A stretch of DNA of 64,000 bases from an uncultured Chloroflexia bacterium (GTDB lineage: Bacteria; Chloroflexota; Anaerolineae; JAAEKA01): positions 92,625-156,624 of the forward strand of contig CAVPPH010000001.1 of NCBI GenBank assembly GCA_963707275.1, given 5' to 3'. Positions 47,638 through 56,916 of the stretch are shown in pieces. Under the pieces are notes generated by a model. It searched no databases and was not told the DNA's origin. It worked only from the letters and a program-made list of their open reading frames with translations. Position numbers and translations under genes: made by a program. The first letter of the stretch is position 1; each line of letters starts with the position of its first letter.

Positions 47638-48945
47638 ATGACTGACACAACCATCGCCTCGTTCGTCGTCCGTTTCACAGAGGAAACGCCGGCTGCTGAT
47701 TTGCCCGGCGCAGGCTGGCGCGGCGTCGTGCAGCACGTCCAGACCAGCGAACAGGTCCGCTTCACGCGCATCGACGACGCCCTGCGTTTCATGGGCGAAT
47801 ACGTGGACCTGCACAATCCGTTGCACGAGGAGCGAGAAGGAGCGGCGCGCGGAATGACTACCTCAATGCCACCGGTCGGCATCGTCAGCGTCGGCACCTA
47901 CTCGCCTGCCAGCTATCTGACGGCGGCGGACATCGCCGCGGCCAGTGGCCTGCCGGAATGGGTGATCCGCGACAAGATGGGCATCACGCGCAAGTTCGTG
48001 GCTGGCCCCGACGACCAACCCAACGAGATGGCCATCAAGGCCGCGCTGGACTGCCTGGCGCAGACCGACATTCCCCCCGAAGAGATCGACCTCGTCATCT
48101 GCACCACCGAGGAGTGGCGCGAGTACCTGCTCTGGACATCGGGCATCCACCTGGCGCACGCGATCGGCGCGACCAACGCCTGGGCGATGGATCTGCACAT
48201 GCGCTGTGCGACCACCGTCGGCGCGATGAAGATGGCCAGGGACATGATGCTGGCCGACCCCGACCTCAACACGGTGCTGATCGCCGGCGGCTATCGCGTC
48301 TCCGACTTCATCGACTTCAGCAACGCCCGCACCTCGTTTATGTGGAACATCGGCTCGGGGGCCGGCGCGATGCTGCTGCGCAAGGGCTGGCCGCGCAACC
48401 ACGTCCTCGGCTCGCACGTCATCGTCGACGGCAGCATGAGCAAGCATGTCATCGTGCCCGCCAGCGGCACGGCGCAGTTCGCTACGCCGCAGGCGATGGC
48501 CGGCGACAACGGGGTGCCGGCCAGTCAGTTCTACTTCGATCTGGTGGAGCCGGATGCGATGAAGAGCCGCCTCAACGCGGTCAGCATGGACAACTGGCTG
48601 CACTGCGTGGACGAGGCCCTGCGCAAGAGCGGTCACAAACCGGACGGATCGCCCTACTCGCGCGCCGACATCGACTACCTGAACATGATCCTGATCAAGC
48701 CGTCCGGCCACCGCGAGATGCTGGAGCGGCTGGGGCTGGTCGAGGAGCAGTCGGTCTACCTTGGCGAGATCGGTCACACCGGCGAGCAGGACGCGATGTT
48801 CAGCATCCGCGAGGGACTGGCCGCGGGCCGGCTCAAGGACGGCGATCTGATGGCCATCGTCGCGGCCGGCATCGGCTATGTGTGGGCGGCGGGTATTGTG
48901 CGCTGGGGGGTCAGCACACGACGGTCAATGAGCGACATTGAATAG
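47638..48945 (+). CDS. KASIII (FabH)-like thiolase-superfamily enzyme with a ~75-aa N-terminal extension and a non-canonical active site
   Basis: Intact 435-aa ORF. From MPPVGIVSVGTYSP.. it aligns with FabH. The Cys position is present (HMRCATT). The HQAN region reads KPSGHRE, and GNTSAAS reads GHTGEQD (Asn to His) in my by-eye alignment to E. coli FabH. Confidence 0.7.
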   Translation: MTDTTIASFVVRFTEETPAADLPGAGWRGVVQHVQTSEQVRFTRIDDALRFMGEYVDLHNPLHEEREGAARGMTTSMPPVGIVSVGTYSPASYLTAADIAAASGLPEWVIRDKMGITRKFVAGPDDQPNEMAIKAALDCLAQTDIPPEEIDLVICTTEEWREYLLWTSGIHLAHAIGATNAWAMDLHMRCATTVGAMKMARDMMLADPDLNTVLIAGGYRVSDFIDFSNARTSFMWNIGSGAGAMLLRKGWPRNHVLGSHVIVDGSMSKHVIVPASGTAQFATPQAMAGDNGVPASQFYFDLVEPDAMKSRLNAVSMDNWLHCVDEALRKSGHKPDGSPYSRADIDYLNMILIKPSGHREMLERLGLVEEQSVYLGEIGHTGEQDAMFSIREGLAAGRLKDGDLMAIVAAGIGYVWAAGIVRWGVSTRRSMSDIE

Positions 48946-48956
48946 GAGTTGCTACC

Positions 48957-49202
48957 ATGACAAGAGCACCAAATTGGTCACGCACCGAGTTTGAAGTCGT
49001 TCTCAGCAGAAGTGATCTTTCTGACGAGGAACTTGCGGCGTTATTAGCTCAACGAACAGTCGGAGCGGTGGATGTGGTGCGTTCTGGCATTCACAGCTAC
49101 CACGCAGGAACGAATACCTCGATGCTTTCATCGATGATGAGCGATCGACTGGCTCGAAGTCAGGGCGAGGTAACCTGTCCCAAGTGTGGTTTGAAATTCT
49201 AA
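48957..49202 (+). CDS. small hypothetical protein with a C-terminal CPKCG zinc-ribbon half-site
   Basis: 81-aa ORF preceded by AGGAG. It is visibly AT-richer than the neighbouring genes. No family recognised. Confidence 0.35.
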   Translation: MTRAPNWSRTEFEVVLSRSDLSDEELAALLAQRTVGAVDVVRSGIHSYHAGTNTSMLSSMMSDRLARSQGEVTCPKCGLKF

Positions 49203-49217
49203 GCGAGGACACAAGAC

Positions 49218-49983
49218 ATGCGACTCAACGGCAAAGTAGCTCTCATCACCGGCGGAGCGGCCGGCATTGGCAAGGCGACGGCGCAGCGCTTTCAGGAAGA
49301 GGGCGCGACGGTCGTGATCTGCGACGTCAACGAGGAGGCGGGCGAGGCAGCAGTCGCCGAGCTCGGTCTGGCAGCGTTCTACAAGGTCAACGTGGCCGAC
49401 CGGCAGGACGTGCAGCGCTGGGTGGACGACGTGGTCGGCTCGCTTCGGCCGCATCGATGTGCTGGTCAACAACGCCGGCGTGTTGCGCGACGGCCGGCTG
49501 GTGGTGGTCAAGGACGGCGAGCTGGTCAAGCAGATGCCCGAGGCCGACTGGGATCTGGTGATCGGCGTCAACCTGAAGGGCGTCTTCAACTGCACGCAGG
49601 CCGTCGCGCCGGTCATGATCAAGCAGGGCAGCGGCGTCATCCTCAACGCCAGCAGCATCGTCGGCCTGGACGGCAATTTCGGCCAGACCAACTACGTGGC
49701 CACCAAGGCAGGCGTCATCGGCCTGACCAAGGTCTGGGCACGGGAGCTGGGGCGCTACGGCGTGCGCGTCAACGCCGATCGCCCCCGGCTTCACGCTGAC
49801 CGAGATGGTCCTAGCAGATGCCGGAGAAGATGCTGGCCGAGATGGTCTCCCACGTGCCGCTGGGCCGCATGGGCCAGCCACGCGACATCGCCAACGCCTA
49901 TCTGTTCCTGGCATCGGACGAAGCCAGCTATATCTCCGGCGTAGGTGCTGCGCGTCGATGGCGGAATTGTTGTCGGAACCTGA
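49218..49983 (+). pseudogene. 3-oxoacyl-(ACP/CoA) reductase, FabG-like SDR, about 3 frameshifts
   Basis: ITGGAAGIGKA, NNAGV, ..[27 protein letters not shown].. (YxxxK) and the C-terminal ..[28 protein letters not shown].. lie in shifted frames. Confidence 0.8.
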
Positions 49984-49984
49984 G

Positions 49985-50028
49985 AAATGGTTGATGGTGA
50001 ATTCGGTGAATTGGTCAATGGTTAATGT
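49985..50028. repeat. GGTGAAT/AATGGTT-type heptamer array (left arm of an inverted pair)
   Basis: aatggttgatggtgaattcggtgaattggtcaatggttaatg. Positions 50005-50023 are complementary (18 of 19) to 50437-50455. Confidence 0.7.
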
Positions 50029-50062
50029 CAGAAGGCGATGATCATGGAAAGGAGGCGGGACT

Positions 50063-50430
50063 GTGGCAAAAGGTGATGATCTAGAAGATCGGTTGATTGA
50101 TTTTGCGGTGCCAGGTGATTGACATCAGTGCGACCGGTTGCCCGATACAGCGATCGGGGCGCCATGTTTCGAGGACAACTACTGCGAAGTGGTTCTGCTG
50201 CGAGCGCCTCATTATGGTGAAGCACGAGGTGCCGAAAGCAGACGGGATTTCGCCCATAAGCTGCGAATCGGTGCTGAAAGAGCTAAACGAATCGCGCGTG
50301 TGGCTGAAGATTGCGTTGAAGGCAAAGATGCTGCCGGTGGAGGAGCTACAGCCGGTCTCTGCGCGGAGTGCGAAGCGCTATGCCGCATTCATCAGCGCCA
50401 GCATCCGAAACCGCAATCCCGCGGCCAATC
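50063..50430 (+). pseudogene. four-helix-bundle protein (23S rRNA intervening-sequence protein / Avd-like, PF05635-type), at least 2 frameshifts
   Basis: GTG at 50063 after AAGGAGG. LEDRLIDFAV.., ..HYGEARGAESRRDFAHKLRI.. (frame of 50138..) and ..VLKELNESRVWLKIALKAKMLP.. (frame of 50097..) are collinear with this family. No stop separates it from the downstream ligase frame. Confidence 0.6.
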
Positions 50431-50436
50431 GCGATC

Positions 50437-50474
50437 AACCATTCACCAATTCACCATTCACCATTCACGAATTT
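50437..50474. repeat. ATTCACC-type heptamer array (right arm of the inverted pair)
   Basis: aaccattcaccaattcaccattcaccattcacgaatt. Confidence 0.7.
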
Positions 50475-50483
50475 TCTGCCCTC

Positions 50484-52020
50484 ATGCACGCTGCCGACTT
50501 GCTCACCAACCGCTCTCGTTTGACGCCCGACCGCGAGGCGTTGCTTTTCCTGGATACGGGAGAGCGCTTCTCCTACGGCGAGTTGAACGCGCGCTCGTGC
50601 CGCGCCGCCAATTACATGCGCGCGCTGGGCGTCCAGCCAGGCGACCGGGTGTCGATCCTGGCGCAGAACAGCGTTGTCTACCTCGACCTGTTCTACGGGC
50701 TGGCGAAGATCGGCGCGATCTTTGCGCCGCTGAACTGGCGGCTGACCGCCGCCGAGCTGACCTACATCGTCAACGACTGCGCGCCGGCGGTGCTGATCTG
50801 TAGCGCCGAGTTCGCCGGCGTGCTGGCGGAGATGCGGCCTGAGATCTTCGTCGAACATCTGATCAGCCTGGAAGGCGCAGTCATTCTCGGTGCGGAGAGC
50901 TACGAGGAGGGTGTCGCGGCGGCGTCAGCGATGGAGCCGGAGCGCCCGCCACTGGACGGCGACACGCCCTACTGCATCCTCTACACCTCCGGCACCACCG
51001 GCAAGCCGAAAGGCGCGGTCCTGCCGCATCGCCAAGTTCTGTGGAACTGTGTCAACACGGTGGTGAGCTGGGGGCTGTCAGAGAATGACGTGTCGCCGGT
51101 GCTGACGCCGATGTTTCACGCCGGTGGGCTGTTCGCCTTTCTGACGCCGCTCTTCTACATCGGCGGGCGGGTGCTGCTGGCGCGTGGTTTCGATGCCGAA
51201 CAGTCGTTGCGCGCCATCGTCGAAGAGCGCTGCACGGTGATCCTCGGCGTGCCGACCCTGTTCCAGATGTGGCTGGATACGCCGTATTTCGCCGAGGCAG
51301 ATTTCAGCCACGTGCACTTCTTCATCAGCGGCGGCGCGCCGCTGCCCGTGCCGCTGGTCAAGGCGTGGCGGGCCAAGAAGGACGTGGTCTTCCGCCAGGG
51401 CTACGGCCTCACTGAGGTCGGCCCCAACTGCTTCAGCATGACCGACGACGAGTCTTTCGTGAAGGTCGGCTCGGTGGGCAAGCCGATTTTCCACAGCGAG
51501 ATGCGGCTGGTGAACCCGGAGACCGGGCTGGGCGTGCCGGTTGGTGAGACGGGCGAGCTGCTGATCCGCGGCCCGCACGTGTGTTTGGGCTACTGGCGTA
51601 ACCTGGAAGCCACTGCTGCTGCGCTGCGCGATGGCTGGTTCCACACCGGCGACATGGCGCGGGTGGACGAAGACGGCTTCTTCACAATAGCCGGCCGCTT
51701 CAAGGACATGATCATCAGCGGCGGCGAGAACGTCTACGCCGCCGAGGTCGAGAACGTCTTCCGCGACCATCCCGCCGTGCAGGAGGCCGCACTGATCGGC
51801 ATTCCCGACGAGAAGTGGGGCGAGGTCGGTCTGATGGTGGTGGTGCTGAAGCCGGGCCAGACGGCCAGCGAGGCAGAGCTGCGCGATTTTTGCTACACCA
51901 GGCTGGCGCGCTACAAGGTGCCAAAACGAGTCGTGTTCGTCGATAGCTCTGCCCTACTCGCCTTACGGCAAGGTGATGAAGCAGGAGTTGGTGAAGCAGT
52001 ACGGCATACAATACGAGTAA
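50484..52020 (+). pseudogene. AMP-dependent acyl-CoA synthetase/ligase, one frameshift near 51945
   Basis: Starts MHAADLLTNRSRLTPDREALLF... Contains YTSGTTGKPKG (A3), ..GYGLTE.., ..TGDMARVDEDGFF.I.GR.KDMIISGGENVY.. and ..KVPK.V.F... The C-terminus ..LPYSPYGKVMKQELVKQYGIQYE is in a shifted frame. Confidence 0.85.
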
Positions 52021-52090
52021 TTCGTAACTCGTATTGCGCAGCCAGATGGTCTACTGAAAGTTACGCATTACGCAAGCACGCAATACGCAC
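52009..52090. repeat. CGTATTG/TACGCAA-type short repeats with a perfect 10-bp hairpin
   Basis: caatacgagt-aattcgta-actcgtattg, followed by gttacgcattacgcaagcacgcaatacgcac. The same motif family is present in the serS leader at 8380-8468. Confidence 0.65.
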
Positions 52091-52091
52091 T

Positions 52092-53098
52092 ATGACACGC
52101 TACGCCACAATCATCGGCACGGGACGCTACGTCCCGGAGATCGTACACACGAACGAGATGCTCAAGGAGCAGGTCAGCGTCGTCAATCCCGACCTGGCGA
52201 AGGTCGTCGACACCTTCCAGGACAGTTCGGGCATCCGCGCTCGCCGGCTGGCGCCGCGCGACTGGGCCGCGTCGGACATCGCTGTGCGCGCGGCTGAAGA
52301 TGCGCTGCAAGCGGCCGGCATCACAGCGGAGCAGGTGGACATGATCCTGCTGGGCACCGACACGCCCGACTACATCACGCCGGCCACATCGACCGTGGTG
52401 CAGCACAAGTTGGGCGCGGTCAACGCCGGCACGTATGACATCGGCTGCGCCTGCGCGTCGTTTCCCACCGGGATCGCCACGGCTGCCGGCCTGCTGGCCA
52501 CCAATCCGTGGATGAACTACATCCTGGTGGTCGGCGTCTACATGATGAGCAAGCTGGCCGATCCGACCGACGTGACCTCGTTCTTCTACAGCGACGGCGC
52601 CGAGCGCGGCGGTGATCGCGCCGGACACGAAGCCGGGCTATCTCAGCTCCGCATACCTGGCCGACGGCGCGTTTCACCAGTACTGGGGTCTGTACGCCGG
52701 CGGCACCTACGAGCCGGCCAGCGTGGAAGCTGTGGAGGCCGGTCGCACCAAGGTGCGGCTGCTGCAGCGCTACCCGCCCGACGTCAACCACGAGAACTGG
52801 CCGCGGATCGTGCGCATGCTGGCCGAGCGGGGCGGGTTCGCGGTACAGGACATCGACCTCGCCATCTTCACCCAGGTGCGTCTGCCGTCCATCAAGCTCG
52901 TGATGGAGGATCTGGGCCTGCCGCTGGAGCAAGACCCACTGGGTGATGGACAAGTGGGGCTACACCGGCTCGGCCTGCATCGGCATGTGCCTGGACGACG
53001 CCATCGACCAGGGCAAGGTGAAGTCGGGCGATCTGGTGACGCTGGTCGGCTCCGGCGTCGGCTACAACTACGCCGGCGTGGCGCTGCGGATGCCGTGA
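52092..53098 (+). pseudogene. KASIII (FabH)-like enzyme lacking the His and Asn of the catalytic triad, two frameshifts (about 52600 and 52935)
   Basis: MTRYATIIGTGRYVPE.., Cys motif DIGCACASF. FabH PHQAN corresponds to FTQVR and GNTSAAS to GYTGSAC in my by-eye alignment. The C-terminus is ..LVGSGVGYNYAGVALRMP. Confidence 0.7.
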
Positions 53099-53107
53099 AT
53101 GAGAGCC

Positions 53108-53142
53108 AGAGTTGCCAACTTTTCCGAAAAGTTGGCAACTCT
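53108..53142. promoter_or_regulatory. 35-bp perfect palindrome between KASIII-2 and the first hydrolase (operator or RNA hairpin)
   Basis: agagttgccaacttttc-c-gaaaagttggcaactct. The 17-nt arms are perfectly complementary. Confidence 0.5.
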
Positions 53143-53155
53143 CCACGAGGTGACA

Positions 53156-54228
53156 ATGACCATTCCAACCCTGCCGGGCATCACGCCCCAGACGATCACC
53201 ACCGACCGCATCACGACGCGCGTGCTCGTTCACCGGACCGGACGACGGGACGCCGGTGCTCTTCCTGCACGGCAACTCCTCGTCGGCGACCTGGTGGGAG
53301 GAGACGATGCTGGCGCTCCCGGCCAACTACCGCGGCATCGCACCTGACCAGCGCGGCTTCGGCGACGCTGAACTCGACAAGCAGATTGACGCAACGCGCG
53401 GCGCGGGCGACTGGGCCGACGACGCGCTGGCTCTGCTGGACACACTGGGCATCGCCCAGGCGCACCTGGTGGGCAACTCGCTGGGCGGCGTGGTGGTCTG
53501 GCGGCTGCTGGCCGACGCGCCGGAGCGCTTCCTGCAGCGTGACCGTGGTCGATCCCGGCTCGCCCTACGGCTTTGGCGGCACCAAGGACGCCGACGGCAC
53601 ACCCTGCTACGACGACTACGCCGGCTCGGGCGGCGGACTGATCGGCGCGCCGGTGGTCGAGGCAGTCAAGTCAGGCGACCGCAGCGTGGAGAACCCCTTC
53701 GGCTATCGCAGCGGGCTGCGCCGGCTGGTGTTCAAGCCGCCCTTCGTGCCGGCGCGCGAGGAGGACTTGCTGTCATCGTCGCTGTCGATCCACGTCGGCG
53801 ACCAGGAGTTTCCGGGCGACAAGGTCATGTCACCCAACTGGCCGTTCGTGGCGCCGGGCGTCTGGGGCGCTGCCAACGCGCTGTCGCCCAAGTATGTGAC
53901 TGAGGCGGTCGAGCGGATGATTGCGGCGGAGCCGAAGCGGAGCATCCTGTGGGTGCGCGGCAGCGATGACCTCAGCGTGTCCGACAACGCCGCCGCGGAC
54001 ATGGCGACGCTGGGCGCGCTGGGGTTGGTGCCGGGCTGGCCGGGCGCCGACGTCTTCCCGCCGCAGCCGATGCTGAAGCAGACGCGTGCGGTGCTCCAAC
54101 GCTACGCGGCGGCCGGCGGCTCGTACCGCGAGGTGGTCATCGACGACGCCGGCCACGTGCCGTTTATCGAGAAGCCGGACGAGTTCAACGCGGTGTTTCA
54201 TGCGCACCTGGCGGTAAGCGCCCCGTGA
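53156..54228 (+). pseudogene. alpha/beta hydrolase (Ser nucleophile), paralogue of 55269..56333, two frameshifts (about 53230 and 53540)
   Basis: ..VLFLHGNSSSATWWEE.., nucleophile elbow HLVGNSLGG, ..SPYGFGGTKDADGTPCYDDYAGSGGG.. and ..GHVPFIEKPDEFN... It is collinear with the intact paralogue over the whole length. Confidence 0.75.
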
Positions 54229-54380
54229 ATGAATTCACGGTCTGGCAAGGCGAAGCATGCTGAAGCAAGCTGCCGGAATCTGGCTGCATCCGCAGCCTGC
54301 TTGAGCAGGCTTTTCGAGTACCAGACGCCGGATTCATCCGGCGGGCCACGGCCGAACGAGTGCTACGCAGAGAATGAGCA

Positions 54381-55272
54381 ATGTCGAGAAAACCACCACC
54401 AATTCCTGAACGCAGCGGCTACTTGTCCGTCGAAAACGGCACGCGCCAGGTCTACTGGGAGTACTTCGGCCACGGCGACCGCGAGGTCGTGGTGATGCTC
54501 AACGGCGTGGCCATGTCCACCCGCGGCTGGTATCGCAACCTGCCCGAGCTGCAGCCGGACTACGACGTGCTGCTCTACGACTACCTGGGACAGGGCCGGT
54601 CGTCGCAGGAGGACGAGCCGTACTCACATCGACCATTTCGCCGAATACCTGGTGCGCATCATGGACGAGCTGGGCATCGAGCGCATCCATCCGGTGGGCG
54701 TCTCGTACGGCGGGTTCATCGCTGCCGAGCTGGGCCGGCTGTTCGGCGACCGGCTGCACACGCTGACCTTGTCGGGCATCCTGCTGACCCGCGAAGACGC
54801 AGTTCCAGATGTACCAGGATCTGTCGCTGACCTTCTACACGTCGCCCGACCCGGCCTTCGAGATCTACACGCAGTACATGTACGAGAAGATCTTCGGCGA
54901 GGCCTTCTGCCGGCGCATCTACGGTGACAAGATGGACCGGATGCGCCAGGGCTTCTTCGACGACTACCACGGCAAGGAGTACTGCCTGATCCGGCTGACC
55001 GAGGCGCAGAACCCGTTCTTTCGACCGCATCGACGGCGATCCCGACGCTGTACCGCGGCGTCACGACGCCGACGCTGGTCCTGACCGGCGATCAGGACCG
55101 CGCCATCCCGCCCTGGCAGCAGGCCAAGCTGCTGGACATCCTGCCCAACGCGCGCCAGATCATCGTGCCCGGCAGCGGCCACATGACCTACATGGAACGG
55201 CCGGACATCTTCTGGCCGGCAGTGAGAGCGTTCTTTGCAGCCAAATCTGTATCAGGAGTTTCCGAACCATGA
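54381..55272 (+). pseudogene. alpha/beta hydrolase (second type), at least 3 frameshifts
   Basis: ..VVVMLNGVAMSTRGW.., nucleophile elbow PVGVSYGG, and the C-terminal ..PTLVLTGDQDRAIPP....L...LPNARQIIVPGSGHMTYMERPD.. in a shifted frame. Its stop overlaps the next ATG (ATGA). Confidence 0.7.
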
Positions 55273-56333
55273 CGACTATCACACCTCTTGACGGCGTTTC
55301 TTCGCAGATGATCCAGACGAGTCGCCTGAACACCCACGTCTTGACCAGCGGGCCGGACGACGGTGTTCCGGTGGTGTTTCTGCATGGCAACTTCTCTGCC
55401 GCGACCTATTGGGAAGAGACGATACTGGCGCTTCCGGCCGGCTTCCGCGGCATCGCCCCCGACCTGCGCGGCTACGGCTGGACTGAGGACAAGCTGATCG
55501 ACGCGACGCGCGGTATGCGCGACTGGGTGGATGACCTGGCGGCGCTGTTCGAGGCGTTGTCCATCGAGAAGGCGCATCTGGTGGGCTGGTCGCTGGGCGG
55601 TGGCGTGGTGTTGCGCTTCATCGCCGATCACCCGGACAAGGTGCTGTCGGCGACGCTGATCGCGCCGGTGTCGCCCTACGGCTTTGGCGGTACCCGCGAT
55701 GCAGAGGGCACGCCCTGCTACACCGACTTTGCCGGTTCGGGCGGCGGCACGGTCAACCCGGAGTTCGTCAAGCGCATCATCGCCGGCGACCGCGGCACGG
55801 ACGATCCCAACTCGCCGCGCAACGTCATCAACGCCTTCTACTACAAGGCGCCCTTCCGGGCCGCGCGCGAGGAGGATTTCCTGACCGCCGCGCTGGCCGA
55901 GAAGATGGGCGACCAGCGCTATCCCGGCGACATGACCGCCTCGGAGAACTGGCCCAACGTCGCACCAGGTGTATGGGGTCCCATCAACGCCGGCTCGCCC
56001 AAATACGTGGCCGGCGACGCCGAGGCGCTGATTGCCGTCCAGCCCAAGCCGCCGATCCTGTGGATCCACGGCAGCGACGACCTGATCGTCGGCGACCTGT
56101 CCTTCTTCGACTTCGGCGCGCTGGGCAAGCTGGGCTACGTACCAGGCTGGCCGGGCGAGGACATCTACCCGCCGCAGCCCATGATCAGCCAGACGCGCGC
56201 CGTGCTGGAGCAGTACGCCGCGGCCGGCGGGCAGTATCGCGAGGTCGTCATTCAGGACACCGCCCACGGTCCGCATATCGAGAAGCCGGCGGAGTTCAAC
56301 GCGGCGTTTCATGGGCTGTTGCGCGGCTGGTAA
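55269..56333 (+). CDS. alpha/beta hydrolase (Ser nucleophile), intact paralogue of 53156..54228
   Basis: 354-aa ORF: ..VVFLHGNFSAATYWEE.., HLVGWSLGG, ..SPYGFGGTRDAEGTPCYTDFAGSGGG.. and ..AHGPHIEKPAEFN... Confidence 0.8.
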   Translation: MTTITPLDGVSSQMIQTSRLNTHVLTSGPDDGVPVVFLHGNFSAATYWEETILALPAGFRGIAPDLRGYGWTEDKLIDATRGMRDWVDDLAALFEALSIEKAHLVGWSLGGGVVLRFIADHPDKVLSATLIAPVSPYGFGGTRDAEGTPCYTDFAGSGGGTVNPEFVKRIIAGDRGTDDPNSPRNVINAFYYKAPFRAAREEDFLTAALAEKMGDQRYPGDMTASENWPNVAPGVWGPINAGSPKYVAGDAEALIAVQPKPPILWIHGSDDLIVGDLSFFDFGALGKLGYVPGWPGEDIYPPQPMISQTRAVLEQYAAAGGQYREVVIQDTAHGPHIEKPAEFNAAFHGLLRGW

Positions 56334-56378
56334 TCAGTCATCAGTTATCAGTTATCAGTGGACAGTAATAGGGTAACT
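56331..56378. repeat. ATCAGT-type heptamer array (left arm of an inverted pair)
   Basis: taatcagtcatcagttatcagttatcagtggacagtaat... Positions 56333-56360 are complementary (about 26 of 28) to 56899-56926. Confidence 0.7.
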
Positions 56379-56424
56379 GCGGTTTTGGTGCTCTGTGGAA
56401 GAAAGGGATCAGTGGTATTGCAAA

Positions 56425-56916
56425 ATGACACGACTCGCCCATGCCTTGAGCTATCGAGAGTTGATAGTGTATCAGAAGGCGAGGGACCTTTCGAGAGAGT
56501 TGTTCCATATCTCCAAATCTTTCCCGCGCGAGGAGATGTATTCGCTTACTGATCAGCTTCGACGGTCCTCTCGATCGGTAGGAGGACAAATTGCTGAAGC
56601 CTGGGCGAAGCGGCGCTATGAGAGGCATTTCGTCAGCAAACTCACTGATGCTGACGGCGAGCAGCAGGAGACGCAGCACTGGATTGATACGGCGCTGGAT
56701 TGCGAATACCTGTCTTCCCAACAACGTGATGAACTGATCGGAAAATGCGAGGAGATCGGACGCCTTCTGGGCGGCATGATTGCCAAAGCCGACCGCTTCT
56801 GTGGGAATCCTCTGCTGCCCCGCAACTTCGCGAACCTGAAATCGAGTACTATGTGGATGATCACGCCTCATTCTTCAGTGATCCAAACGAGATCCCAACT
56901 GGTAACTGATAACTGA
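56425..56916 (+). CDS. four-helix-bundle protein (23S rRNA intervening-sequence protein / Avd-like, PF05635-type)
   Basis: MTRLAHALSYRELIVYQKARDLSRELFHISKSFPREEMYSLTDQLRRSSRSVGGQIAEAW.. is the hallmark N-terminal half of this family. The ORF tail (after about 56825) reads on into the repeat array, so the true stop may be masked. Confidence 0.8.
   Translation: MTRLAHALSYRELIVYQKARDLSRELFHISKSFPREEMYSLTDQLRRSSRSVGGQIAEAWAKRRYERHFVSKLTDADGEQQETQHWIDTALDCEYLSSQQRDELIGKCEEIGRLLGGMIAKADRFCGNPLLPRNFANLKSSTMWMITPHSSVIQTRSQLVTDN

Noticed and set aside
50097-52946. A 949-aa ORF that looks like a giant fusion protein.
   Set aside because: It is a chain of a 4HB-gene remnant, repeat-array translation, the AMP-ligase and an out-of-frame read through the KASIII-2 gene. 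The chain exists only because stops are absent in that frame. The ligase homology starts at the Met at 50484 and ends, after one frameshift, at 52020.
47638-56333. A canonical oleABCD olefin/beta-lactone operon.
   Set aside because: The hydrolases carry GxSxG Ser nucleophiles rather than the haloalkane-dehalogenase-like Asp of OleB. The reductase is a FabG-type classical SDR rather than a 3-beta-HSD-type OleD. The KASIII proteins lack the canonical His/Asn. Only the general enzyme inventory is shared.
56395-56916. An rRNA operon fragment, because 4HB genes are classically found inside 23S rRNA intervening sequences.
   Set aside because: No 16S, 23S or 5S-like sequence flanks either 4HB gene. 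Both are flanked by protein-coding genes of one operon.
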